From: Treponema sp.
GTDB taxonomy: Bacteria > Spirochaetota > Spirochaetia > Treponematales > Breznakiellaceae
Assembly (NCBI GenBank): GCA_003527485.1
Contig: DPXI01000088.1
Location: 209,638-273,637 of the forward strand
Direction: 5' to 3'
DNA: 64,000 bases
The position numbers and the translations under genes are program-made. The notes under the pieces were generated by a model. It made no database searches. It saw only the letters and a program-made list of their open reading frames with translations, and was not told the DNA's origin. Positions 39,035-48,607 of this stretch are shown here, one piece after another (position 1 is the first letter of the stretch; every line of letters begins with the position of its first letter).

Positions 39035-39874
39035 CTACAGCCTGTACTCAGCCCCGACTGCCAGAGGCCGGTACGCGGGAAGCCGTGCCGCCAGGGAAGC
39101 TTTCCCCGCGTCCCCGGTGCAGTGCCCGAGCGCCGCGAGGCTGCAGGAAGTTGCCCCGAGATAGTCGACCGTCGACGAAATCCGTTCCGCGTCCGCATCG
39201 ACCAGATGGGAGCCTCCGAAGACCGCGACCACCGTCTTCCCGAAAGCCTTGCGGACCGCGTCCAGCATGTTCATTATTCCGGGATGGGCGCAGCCCAGCA
39301 CCGCGGCGATGCCGCCGGGAACCTCGATCGCGAGGCAGACCTCATCCCGGAAATCGTCCATCGTCCGGCGCCCGTCCCGGTCCACCACGAATCGCGGATT
39401 CGGCCGCTCCCGGGTATGGAGGCGCGGAAAACCGTTGACCACAAAGACGCCGGGCAACGCCTCCATAAAAGCGGTATCCCCGCCGGATGCGGTGACTGTA
39501 CGGTGTTCGATCCGCCGGCTTAAAAGGAAATCTCCGTCAAAGTCCACGCCCAGATAACGGGGGGCAGGCTCTTCGTCGGCCCATTTCTTGTCGAAGAATC
39601 CGCCGCCCGTATACAGCGGTCCGTTGAAGGCGGTCCGGTCGAGAAGGGCGCGGACTCCTCCGCCGTGGTCGTAATGGCCGTGGCTGACGACCAGCGCCTC
39701 CGCCGCGCCCGGTTCCGCGCCGAGCCCGCGGGCATTGTCCAGGAAAGCGCCGCTCCCGCCGGTATCGAAGAGCAGGGACCTTCCGTCCCTCTCGACCAGG
39801 AAGCAAAGGCCGTGTTCGGCCGTCGTGCCTGCGCGTCCCGGGGAATTGTCCATGAGGGTAATAATCCGGATCAT
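39035..39874 (-). CDS. MBL-fold metallo-hydrolase, downstream of selD
   Basis: HGHYDHGGG motif. Start at MIRIITLMDN with GGAGG RBS. 21 nt after the selD stop. Confidence 0.75.
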   Translation of the reverse strand: MIRIITLMDNSPGRAGTTAEHGLCFLVERDGRSLLFDTGGSGAFLDNARGLGAEPGAAEALVVSHGHYDHGGGVRALLDRTAFNGPLYTGGGFFDKKWADEEPAPRYLGVDFDGDFLLSRRIEHRTVTASGGDTAFMEALPGVFVVNGFPRLHTRERPNPRFVVDRDGRRTMDDFRDEVCLAIEVPGGIAAVLGCAHPGIMNMLDAVRKAFGKTVVAVFGGSHLVDADAERISSTVDYLGATSCSLAALGHCTGDAGKASLAARLPAYRPLAVGAEYRL

Positions 39875-39897
39875 AGGCTCCTCAGAAAAACGGAAGG

Positions 39898-40986
39898 CTA
39901 GCCGACGACGCGGATGCGGGCGCCGTCGGCGGCGCCGCGTCCCGCGCGCGGGACGCATTCGCCGATCACCGCGAATTCCACGCCGCTGGCCGCAAGGGCG
40001 CCGAGGGCTGCTCCGAGTCCGGCGGGCGGGACCGCGGCCAACAGGCCGCCGGAGGTTTCCGGCGCGAAAAGGAGGGTCCTGAAGGCTTCGTCGGCGCAGG
40101 GAGCGCCTTCGCCTTCGAATGCGACCTTTCCCGCATACGCGTGCCGGTTACGGGCGGCGCCGCCGGGCACAAAGCCCCCGCGGACGCAGTCGGCCGCGCC
40201 CGCGATCATGGGAACGGCCGAAGCGCGCACGAGGAGATCGATCCCGCTCTTGTCAGCGAGCTCAAGGGCGTGGCCCGCGAAGCCGAAGCCGGTGACGTCG
40301 GTCGCGCTGAGGCAGTCCGCCGCCAGGAAGGCGCGCGCGGCGTCGCGGTTGAGCAGTTTCATGGAAGCCACCGCCGCCGCGAGGACCCCGGCGGGGGCGG
40401 CGCGCGACTTTGCGGCCGTAGTGATGATCCCCGTCCCCAGCGCTTTGGTCAGCACCAGGACGTCTCCGGCCCGCGCGCCGGTCTTCAGCAGGAGCCTGTC
40501 CGGCTTGCCGATGCCGAGCACGGCCAGGCCGAACTTCGGCTCGGCGTCCATGATGGTGTGGCCGCCGGCGACCGCGCACCCGGCCTCGGCGGACTTCTCG
40601 GCGCCTCCGCGGATGATCTCGGCGATGACCGAGGGATCCAGGTCGGAAGGAAAGGCGGCGATATTCAGGGCCATGATCGGCTCGCCGCCCGTAGCGTAGA
40701 CATCGGAGAGCGCGTTTGCCGCGGCGATGGCGCCGAAATCGTAGGGATCATCCACCACGGGGGTGAAGAAGTCCGTCGTGAAAATCAAGGCCGTATCGTC
40801 GTTCAGGCGGTAGACGGCGGCGTCGTCGCCTTCGGCCAGCCCGACCAAAAGGTCGGCGCGGCGCTCGGGAGGAACAAAGCCTGACAGGGGACGCAGGACC
40901 TGCGCCAGGGCCTCAGGGCCCATTTTTGCCGCTCACCCCGCCGCGGAGCAGAGCGACGTCAGCCGAACGATGTCGTCCTTGGTCAT
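39898..40986 (-). CDS. selD: Selenide, water dikinase (selenophosphate synthetase) containing selenocysteine. In-frame UGA at 40933-40935.
   Basis: Manual translation from ATG 40986 (AAGGAG RBS) gives MTKDDIVRLTSLCSAAG-U-AAKMGPEALAQ…, which aligns with E. coli LTQYSHGAG-C-GCK. The downstream region has the AIR-synthase-like fold. A GGGCCCUGAGGCCC hairpin starts 12 nt after the UGA. The ORF track lists only 39898..40923. Confidence 0.85.
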
Positions 40987-41043
40987 CGGATCTCCTTCGA
41001 GCCGAGTGTAGGGGGAGATCTGCCGTGAGGTCAAGGAAGGATT

Positions 41044-42000
41044 CTACGCTTCGCAATCCTGCAGGGATAGCCTGAGCGCTTCGGCATCGAAGTCCTTCCC
41101 GATGAAGATCATCGCGCTCAGCCGTTCCTCTCCGTTTTTCCAGGGCTTGGCCGCCAGCAGGGGGCGGCCGCCGACGTACTGCAGGATGTACTTGCTTTCC
41201 TCGGTCCGCGGGTCGGAAAAGCGCAGGAAACCCTTGGCCCGCACGACGGAACGCGGCAGGACGTCCAGGAAGGCGCTGAAACGCTCCAGGTCCAGAGGCT
41301 TCTCCGTCTTGTGGAAATAGCTCTCCACATGGGCGTGCCTGCCGCCGTGCCCGCTGCAGTACCCGCCTTCGCCGAGCTGCCCGTTCTCCAGGGCAGCCAA
41401 GTCCTCATGGTCGTAGCGGGCGCCCTCCGTCACGAGTGAAGTCGGAAAATCGGCGTCAAGCGACAGGATGCGCGCGTCCCTTTTCCGGCTCAGGATGAAT
41501 TTCCTCACACGCGCGGCCGCTTCGGGTCCGGCGAGCTCCAATTTATTCAGCAGGATGAAATCCGCGAATTCGAGCTGCTGGACAGCGATGGCAAAATCCT
41601 CGATCGAATCCAGGTAATTCAGCGTATCCACCACGCAGACGATCGAATCGAAATGGAGCCGCCCGTCGAGGTCGTTGAGAATGAAGGCCGCGGCGATGGG
41701 CACCGGATCGGAGAGGCCCGACGCTTCCAGCAGGATATGGCCGATATTTTTCCCCACCGCCAGCAAGCCTTCTATCGTTTTCACCAGGTCGTCCCGCACC
41801 ACGCAGCACATGCAGCCGTTCGGCAATTCCGCGATTTCGTTGTCCCCCGCCTCCACGATCTTGCTTTCCAGCTTCACGTCGCCGAATTCGTTCAGCACGA
41901 GGCCGAAGCGGATCTCCGGATGCTCGGCGACGATGCGGCTGATGAAGGTGCTCTTGCCGGCGCCCAGGAAACCGCAAATCAGGGTGACGGGAATCTTCAT
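41044..42000 (-). CDS. COG0523 (CobW/ZigA/YeiR-like) metallochaperone GTPase
   Basis: GFLGAGKST P-loop, GCMCC metal-binding motif, C-terminal CobW_C domain. The listed ORF extends to 42102 through the 9-nt tandem repeats. Confidence 0.8.
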   Translation of the reverse strand: MKIPVTLICGFLGAGKSTFISRIVAEHPEIRFGLVLNEFGDVKLESKIVEAGDNEIAELPNGCMCCVVRDDLVKTIEGLLAVGKNIGHILLEASGLSDPVPIAAAFILNDLDGRLHFDSIVCVVDTLNYLDSIEDFAIAVQQLEFADFILLNKLELAGPEAAARVRKFILSRKRDARILSLDADFPTSLVTEGARYDHEDLAALENGQLGEGGYCSGHGGRHAHVESYFHKTEKPLDLERFSAFLDVLPRSVVRAKGFLRFSDPRTEESKYILQYVGGRPLLAAKPWKNGEERLSAMIFIGKDFDAEALRLSLQDCEA

Positions 42001-42139
42001 AAGCGGCAGTATAAGGCCCGGCTCCGAAAACGGGCAAGGATAAACGGAATCCTGCCGGACCTGCCGGTCCTGCCGGTCCTGCCGGTACGCGCCGGAGGCC
42101 AAGCTTGACGGTCCTCCCGCCCTCGCCTAGTATTGGCGA

Positions 42140-42229
42140 GGAAGCGGATGGGGTCCGGCGGCCCCCGCGGTCTTCAAAACCGTTGGCCGCGATTCATCGC
42201 GGCGGCAGGATCGACACCTGCCCCTTCCG
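42140..42229 (+). tRNA. selC: tRNA-Sec (selC), anticodon UCA
   Basis: GGAAGCGGATGGGGTCCGG…GGTCTTCAAAACCG…long variable arm…GCAGGATCGACACCTGCCCCTTCCG. This is collinear with E. coli selC, with anticodon loop CUUCAAA (UCA at 42174-42176) and T-loop GGATCGACACC. The long acceptor stem has one C-C mismatch. Confidence 0.75.
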
Positions 42230-42247
42230 TATTTCCCCGGAGGCCCC

Positions 42248-43648
42248 ATGGAACAAGAGGACGTCAGGTCGCGTCTGCCCCAAGTCGAGCGCCTGCTCGG
42301 TCTTCCGGAGGTGTCCGCCTACTTCGAACGCATTTCCCGACCGCTCGCCGCCCGCGCGGTTTCCCGCGTCCTCGCGGCGGAACGCCAGAGGCTGACGGAA
42401 GAGCCGGACAGCGGAATCGGGGAAGACGAACTGCTCGCCGCGGTGATCGCCGCCCTGGACGAACTCGATCGAAGGCGGATACGCAAGGTCGTCAACGGTA
42501 CGGGCATCGTGCTGCACACCAACCTGGGGCGCTCACCTCTATCCCCGGCCGCCTGGAAAGACGCCGCCGAGGCTGTGGAAGGGTATTCCAACCTGGAGTT
42601 CGAGGTCGAAGCCGGAAAGCGGGGCAGGCGCGGGGGACTCTCATCCGAACTCCTGCGCGCCTTGACGGGAGCCGAGGACGCCCTGGTCGTCAACAACAAC
42701 GCCGCGGCGATGGTGCTCGCCCTCGCCTGCTTCGCGTCGGGCAAGGACGTGCTCGTGTCCCGCGGAGAGGCCGTGCAAATCGGCGGAGGCTTCCGAGTGC
42801 CGGACATACTGGCGATGTCGGGCGCGCGCCTGAAGGAAGTCGGGACCACGAACGTGACGACCGAAGAAGACTACCTGAACGCGATAGACGGCGAAACGGC
42901 AGTGGCGCTCTCCGTCCACGCTTCCAATTTCGCCATCCGCGGCTTCACGCGCAAGCCCGATCTCAGCCTGCTTTCCGCCGCCCTTCCGAAGAACGTGATC
43001 CTGATCGCCGACCAGGGCTCGGGCTGCTGCGAAGCGGGCGTGCCCGCGGAAACGCCCGTGCGCAATTACCTCCGCGACGGGGTCCGTCTGGTCTGCTTTT
43101 CCTGCGACAAGATACTCGGCGGTCCCCAGGCAGGGGCGATCGTGGGCGATGCCGCGCTCATCGCCCGGCTCTCCCGGCATCCCCTGATGCGCGCCTTCCG
43201 TCCCGGCAAGGTGACCCTCGCGGTCCTGGAGCGCTGCCTGGTCGCCCGCTTGGGGGGAAATCCCGGCAACGGCGACGAGCCTCCCGCCGGATCTCCCGTC
43301 GAGCGCGCGCTCCGCAGGACTTCGACCGAAGGCATCCATGAGCTCAAGGCGCTCGGCCGGCGCGTCATCAGGCGGCTCCCGAAAGCCTCCGCGATCCTGG
43401 TCGAATCGCGCGCGGCGATAGGCGGCGGGAGTTCCCCCGACGAGACCCTCCCCTCCTTCGCCCTGGTCCTGAAGGGCGCGCGGGGTGCTGAATCCCTGCT
43501 GGCCGCCTTGCGCCTCGGAAGGGTCCCGCTCATCGGGAGAGTGGAATCCAGCTCCGTGATCGTCGACCTGCTGACCCTCGCCGACGAGGACGACAAGCTC
43601 GTCTCGAACCTCATCCTTGAAGCCCTGGAAAAAGAGGGCGGTTCTTGA
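42248..43648 (+). CDS. selA: L-seryl-tRNA(Sec) selenium transferase
   Basis: 466 aa. …[11 protein letters not shown]… and the PLP-lysine motif [13 protein letters not shown]. Confidence 0.9.
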   Translation: MEQEDVRSRLPQVERLLGLPEVSAYFERISRPLAARAVSRVLAAERQRLTEEPDSGIGEDELLAAVIAALDELDRRRIRKVVNGTGIVLHTNLGRSPLSPAAWKDAAEAVEGYSNLEFEVEAGKRGRRGGLSSELLRALTGAEDALVVNNNAAAMVLALACFASGKDVLVSRGEAVQIGGGFRVPDILAMSGARLKEVGTTNVTTEEDYLNAIDGETAVALSVHASNFAIRGFTRKPDLSLLSAALPKNVILIADQGSGCCEAGVPAETPVRNYLRDGVRLVCFSCDKILGGPQAGAIVGDAALIARLSRHPLMRAFRPGKVTLAVLERCLVARLGGNPGNGDEPPAGSPVERALRRTSTEGIHELKALGRRVIRRLPKASAILVESRAAIGGGSSPDETLPSFALVLKGARGAESLLAALRLGRVPLIGRVESSSVIVDLLTLADEDDKLVSNLILEALEKEGGS

Positions 43649-45636
43649 TAGTCGTCGCGCTCGCGGGCCACGTCGACCACGGGAAGACGGCCCTCGTCCG
43701 CGCGCTCACGGGAATCGACACCGACCGGCTGCCGGAGGAAAAGGCGCGGGGCATGACGACCGACCTCGGCTTCGCCGCCCTGGATCTGCCGCCGGGCGAC
43801 GGAGCTTCCGGCTCCACTCGGCCTGCCCGCAGGGTAGGCCTCGTAGACGTACCCGGCCACGAGCGCTACATCCGCAACATGGCCGCGGGAGCCTGGGGAG
43901 CCGACCTCTGCTTCCTGTGCACGGCCGCGGATGACGGCTGGATGGATCAGACCGAAAACCATTGCCGCCTCCTTTCGGCCTTCGGCCTTCCGCGCGCGAT
44001 CGTGATAGTGACCAAGATCGACTTGGTCGAAAGGAAACGCGCACAAGAAGTCGGCGCCGATGCGCGCCGGCGGGCGGCCATCATCCTCGGGGAAGCGGCC
44101 ATCGCGGAAGGCTTCATCGCGACGAGCGCGCTGACGGGCGAAGGCCTGGCCGAAACCATGGAGCTGGCCGCGCGTGAATGCGACGCCATCCTGACCGCCC
44201 GCGCCTCCGCGGGACGCGCCTCCGCGGGACGCGCCTCCGCGGAACGGGCCGCTCCTGAACGGGCCGGCGCGGGAGCGGGCGCCTGGCTCTTCGTCGACCG
44301 CGTCTTCTCCAAGAAAGGCGCGGGCCTGGTGGTCTGCGGCACCCTGCGCGGCGGCGCCGTCCGAGTCGAGGACGAGCTTGTCCTCCGCCCCGCGGGCGAG
44401 ACGCTCCGGGTCAAGGGAGCCGAAAGCCTCGGCGCGGCCGTCGGACAGGCGGAGCCGGGAGGCCGGGTAGCCTTCAACACGACCAAGCCGAAAGTGGAGA
44501 TTCGCCGCGGCGACCTGCTTTGCGCTCCGGGAGCCGCGACCTTGCAGGCGTCCGAGTTCATCGTGCGCGTGGAGGAAACCGGGCGATCTATCGAGCGCCG
44601 CGAAAAGGCCGACCGCGCGCTGACCAAGGGCGGAGAGGCCGAACTCGTCGCCGGCAGCGCGCGGCGGACCGTCCGGCTGGAACCATTCGGCAAGGGCGGC
44701 TTCTTCAGGCTCATCTGCGACGAAAAGCTGGCCGTACCGCGCGGGATCCGGGCCGCCCTCGTCCGCTCTGGAGGGGCTGAGCTCCTCGGCGCCGTTACCT
44801 TCGTCCATGCGGGTGACTGCGGAAAAGCGGGCCGCAAACGGGCGCGTGAAACTGCGGCCGCCGTCGCGACCGCCGTCGCGGCCGCCGATGCGGGCGCGGC
44901 CGCCGCCGTAGCCACCGGCGTGGCCGCGGACGGACGTTTCGCGGCCCTCGCGGTGGCGACCGCCATCGACGGGGCGACTCCCCTCGATCGGGAGGCGCTG
45001 GGCTATCTGCCCGACCCCGAGGCGCTTGAGGAGTGCGGCTTCATCGTCATCGTCGGTCATCTGGTGGACAAGCGGGCAGCCAAACCGACCCGCCCCGCCG
45101 GCGGCCCCGGGACCATGAACCCGAAGACGAACGGGAACGGTAACCGGAAGCAGGGAGACGCGACTTTCAGGCTCCCGCAGCCTGTAGCGCTCGCCCTGGC
45201 CGAAAAAGCGGCGGCAGCCACCAAAATCCGCGTTCCGGAACGGACCGGACCTTCTCCCGCTGCGCTGGACGCCGAACGCGCGCTGCGCGCCGCGGGGATC
45301 GCGGGCATCGAGCCGAACGCCGCGCCGGAGCGGGGAAAGCCGCCGCCCCCCCAACGCAAGCTCCTGGAGGAACTCTGCTCCGCAAAGCTCGCCGTGCCCC
45401 TGGACCGCGACCTCTTCTGGCATACGGAAACCTACGACCGCGCCGCGGCCTCCGTGCTTTCGGGCCTGGAACCCGGCGGGCGCCTCACCATCGCCGACGC
45501 CAAGCAGCGCGCCGGCCTTTCCCGGAAATACGCCATCCCCTTCCTGAACCGCCTTGAACGCGACGGCTGGGTCAAGCGGGACGGGGAAACCCGCGTCGTG
45601 CAGAAACGATGGACGGCGGACGGTGGAGATGAATAA
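43645..45636 (+). CDS. selB: Selenocysteine-specific elongation factor
   Basis: [43 protein letters not shown]…[15 protein letters not shown]… matches E. coli SelB closely. Long C-terminal winged-helix extension. Confidence 0.9.
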   Translation: MIVVALAGHVDHGKTALVRALTGIDTDRLPEEKARGMTTDLGFAALDLPPGDGASGSTRPARRVGLVDVPGHERYIRNMAAGAWGADLCFLCTAADDGWMDQTENHCRLLSAFGLPRAIVIVTKIDLVERKRAQEVGADARRRAAIILGEAAIAEGFIATSALTGEGLAETMELAARECDAILTARASAGRASAGRASAERAAPERAGAGAGAWLFVDRVFSKKGAGLVVCGTLRGGAVRVEDELVLRPAGETLRVKGAESLGAAVGQAEPGGRVAFNTTKPKVEIRRGDLLCAPGAATLQASEFIVRVEETGRSIERREKADRALTKGGEAELVAGSARRTVRLEPFGKGGFFRLICDEKLAVPRGIRAALVRSGGAELLGAVTFVHAGDCGKAGRKRARETAAAVATAVAAADAGAAAAVATGVAADGRFAALAVATAIDGATPLDREALGYLPDPEALEECGFIVIVGHLVDKRAAKPTRPAGGPGTMNPKTNGNGNRKQGDATFRLPQPVALALAEKAAAATKIRVPERTGPSPAALDAERALRAAGIAGIEPNAAPERGKPPPPQRKLLEELCSAKLAVPLDRDLFWHTETYDRAAASVLSGLEPGGRLTIADAKQRAGLSRKYAIPFLNRLERDGWVKRDGETRVVQKRWTADGGDE

Positions 45637-45673
45637 AGCGGTACGTCGAAGAAGCCCGATCCTCCGATCGTCG

Positions 45674-45704
45674 AGGACGGCCGTCAGGATTCGGCTGCCG
45701 TCCT
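45674..45704. terminator. Hairpin AGGACGGC-N15-GCCGTCCT between the convergent selB and HAD genes. Possible bidirectional terminator.
   Basis: Seen directly. Overlaps the HAD stop codon. No T-run. Confidence 0.3.
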
Positions 45705-46565
45705 GATCCAAGCCGGCGTTCGGGGCAAGGCGGCCCGGAAAGAAGCGAGCAAGTCGGACTCCTCCCGCTCCCCGTACCTTCCCGCAAGCCAGGCATCCAG
45801 GACTTCATCGGCAAGCAGGCGCCAGGATTCCGTCTCCGAACCGGGGACGATCGGGAAAAATCGCGCTCCCGCCTCCCGTGCTGCATCCAGGTCACCCGGC
45901 GCGTCCCCCACCATGAGGGCAGGACCCCGCACTTCGGAGAGGCCCCAATTGAGCTGTTCCGCTTTGGATCCGAATTCCTGTCCTGCCGCGATCCAGATGA
46001 ACTCCAGCAAGCCGTTGGCTTCCCATTCGCGTTCGATCGCTTCCGCGGGCGTCTGGGAGACGACCATCAGGTCCGCAACGCGGCTCGCGCGCTCCAGCGT
46101 CCCGGCGACCCGCGGAAAGGGGGGAACGGACTTCGCGACCGCGGCGACGGCGGCATTCACGTCACGCGACCAGGCCAGAACGAGCGGGAGTTCGTCCGAA
46201 CGCGTTCCGGCGATGAATCGTTCCAAGGCGGGCTCGGATAGGCTGTCGGATCCGGCCACCCAGGCTTCAAGACCGGGCAGATCGGGCACCGTGAACCCGC
46301 GGGCCGCAATATCGGGATGCGACTTGAGCAGACGGAGCGCGGCCAGTACGGCCCTGAACCGGTTGACGCCCCTCGTCGTCGAGTCAAGGTTGACGAATTC
46401 CCAGGTTTCCCGTGCGGCTTTGGAAACAGCCTGCAGCCCGAAGCGGCCTATAAAAGCCGGGCAGAAGCATTCGCGGTGCTTCAGGCCCATCGAATCGAAT
46501 ACGCAACCATCCGAATCGAATCCGATCAGGGCGGCATGTCCGCGCGGCGCAACTTTCATCTTCAT
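45684..46565 (-). CDS. HAD-superfamily hydrolase
   Basis: MKMKVAPRGHAALIGFDSDGCVFDS… HAD motif I. The start overlaps the DUF2264 stop. Confidence 0.7.
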   Translation of the reverse strand: MKMKVAPRGHAALIGFDSDGCVFDSMGLKHRECFCPAFIGRFGLQAVSKAARETWEFVNLDSTTRGVNRFRAVLAALRLLKSHPDIAARGFTVPDLPGLEAWVAGSDSLSEPALERFIAGTRSDELPLVLAWSRDVNAAVAAVAKSVPPFPRVAGTLERASRVADLMVVSQTPAEAIEREWEANGLLEFIWIAAGQEFGSKAEQLNWGLSEVRGPALMVGDAPGDLDAAREAGARFFPIVPGSETESWRLLADEVLDAWLAGRYGEREESDLLASFRAALPRTPAWIRTAAES

Positions 46566-48607
46566 TTCTTCCCCGATTCGATCAGGCTGCTCTCGCGACC
46601 GTCGGTTTCCAGGAGGAACGCGAGGGTTCCCGCCTGTATCCTCCTGCCGAGGAAGGATGCTGGAACAGAAGCGGCATCCGGAGTCCTGATCAGCGCGCAG
46701 GCGCCGTCGGCGAAGGTTACGCGGAGTTCGCCGTTGCGGAATTCCGCTGTCGTGAGGGCGCCCGCCGCCTGTCGCGGCGTATCGGGGCCGACGCGCGCGA
46801 CCACCAGGGTCGCGAGGTGGAACGGGCTGACTGTATCCGGCTGCCCGGCAATAGCCTCCAGACGCGGTGTAGCCGAACGGACCCAGCGGACATTCGCGCC
46901 GAGCCGGTCCTGGGCAAAATTCTCCACTCCGGCTGCCTTCTGCCAGCCCCAAAGACTCCGTATGAGGGAGATCCTGCCGTCGGCGGAGGCGGATACCCCG
47001 GGACCGAGACCGCGGTCCTCTTCCGCCGCGATGGATTCCCCCCGGATCTCTGCCCCCGAGGAGCCCGCGGCAAAACCGCCCTCGCGCAGGGAGAGGGTCC
47101 GGGTAGCGCGGATCGCATGGAGGTGGATGAGGACGTCGCCGCGCATAAGGGTGGTCGTCGTCGCGGACCCTTCGCCGTCCGCCTCGAACAGGGGATAGCG
47201 CGACGCGCCGCCGAGCGGGGAGCACGCGAGGGTTTCCATGGTCCACCGCTGGTGCCACGCGGCGCCGTCGGCGGAAAATTGAAGTACGGCATCGCAATCG
47301 GAATTCCCGTATATCCGGCGCGCTTGGTAGGTGAAGGCGGTCGCGTACGCGAATTTCGTATACTTGTCATTGTATTCGGCTTTGTCGTGCCGGGCCTTGT
47401 GGTTGACCAGGGTGATCCGCCCGGATGGGCCGTCGCCCGAGATCGTCAGGCCCGCCTCCGGGATCGCCGCCGAGAAGGAACCCTTGTGGATGGGCAACGG
47501 GGATTCGGGAACGGTCCAGAAGGGGTGGTCCGCGGGCAGGGCGAGCACGTTGAACGCCTTTACGGCCCAGTACGGCGATCCGCTGCAGGAATAGTGCTCC
47601 AGCATGTCGTTGCACGCGCCGACGTAGCCCAGGGACAGGTGGCCGGCTTCGGTCAGCACATCCTTCGTCAGGAACCATTTGACGCCGAGGTCGGCGAGGG
47701 TGCGGAGTTCCCCGGCAAGATCCTCCTCCCCGAGCATGGCGAACAGGGCTATCGGCGCCACGAAGCCGAAGCGGTAGATCTCCGAACGGCCGAAGCAGGG
47801 CGTCTCACCGTCCGCGGCCATCAGGTACGCGAATGAACGAAGGAAGAGCCGCGCCTTCTCCCGGTGAGCGAGGGCCAGATCCGGCTTCGAATCGCCGTCC
47901 AGGATCGCCCACATGAGGTAGTAATAGTGGAAGGCCCAGGCGTTGTAGTAGTCGATACGGGGGACGTCCCCGTCCTGGTACCAACCGCCGCCCAGATACA
48001 TCCTGTCGCAGAACACCAGGTTTTCGTCGATCTGTTCCTGACGATACGGCATGCCGAACCTTTTCAGGACCGCGTTCGTCACGACGTTGAAAAGAAGCCA
48101 GTTGTTCGGATGGTACTTCACCCTGGTGCAGGCGTACAGATATGCCGCCACCCTCCCGCGCTCGTCGGCGGTGAAACGGTCCCAGATCCGTGCCCGGGAA
48201 AGCCACAGGCCCCAGGCCAAGGAGGCGCACTCCACCAGATGCTGGGCAAAGTCGACCGGATCGCCCCAGTACTCCGGAGATGCCGGATCCGTCCCCGCAA
48301 GGATGCCCCGGCGGTAGAACGCTGCGACATCGTAGGTATCACCGTCCAGCCGGAACGAATCGCCGCCGGATGCCGCGAGCCAGGGCGCGGCCATGATGAA
48401 GCTGCGCGTGAAACCTTCCAGCTCGTCGGCAAGGCGGCCGTGATGGCTGCGGGGCCCCGGAATGAGCTGCCTGGAACCCAGAGGCGATGCGCTGGCGAAT
48501 ATGGGGACCATCAGATGCTTGAAGGATTCTTCCCAGTGCTCGCGCTTCCACCCCGAAAACGCTGAGGACGCGAAATCGAAAGGGGTGGAAAGATTGATCC
48601 GGCTCAT
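46562..48607 (-). CDS. DUF2264 domain protein, a glycoside-hydrolase-like six-hairpin enzyme
   Basis: 681 aa. Composition and length are typical of DUF2264. Embedded in a sugar-utilisation operon. Confidence 0.6.
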   Translation of the reverse strand: MSRINLSTPFDFASSAFSGWKREHWEESFKHLMVPIFASASPLGSRQLIPGPRSHHGRLADELEGFTRSFIMAAPWLAASGGDSFRLDGDTYDVAAFYRRGILAGTDPASPEYWGDPVDFAQHLVECASLAWGLWLSRARIWDRFTADERGRVAAYLYACTRVKYHPNNWLLFNVVTNAVLKRFGMPYRQEQIDENLVFCDRMYLGGGWYQDGDVPRIDYYNAWAFHYYYLMWAILDGDSKPDLALAHREKARLFLRSFAYLMAADGETPCFGRSEIYRFGFVAPIALFAMLGEEDLAGELRTLADLGVKWFLTKDVLTEAGHLSLGYVGACNDMLEHYSCSGSPYWAVKAFNVLALPADHPFWTVPESPLPIHKGSFSAAIPEAGLTISGDGPSGRITLVNHKARHDKAEYNDKYTKFAYATAFTYQARRIYGNSDCDAVLQFSADGAAWHQRWTMETLACSPLGGASRYPLFEADGEGSATTTTLMRGDVLIHLHAIRATRTLSLREGGFAAGSSGAEIRGESIAAEEDRGLGPGVSASADGRISLIRSLWGWQKAAGVENFAQDRLGANVRWVRSATPRLEAIAGQPDTVSPFHLATLVVARVGPDTPRQAAGALTTAEFRNGELRVTFADGACALIRTPDAASVPASFLGRRIQAGTLAFLLETDGRESSLIESGKK

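Noticed and set aside
43066-45711. 881-aa ORF on the minus strand
   Set aside because: It is antisense to selB/selA and has low-complexity R/G/A-rich composition. selB on the plus strand matches E. coli SelB strongly.
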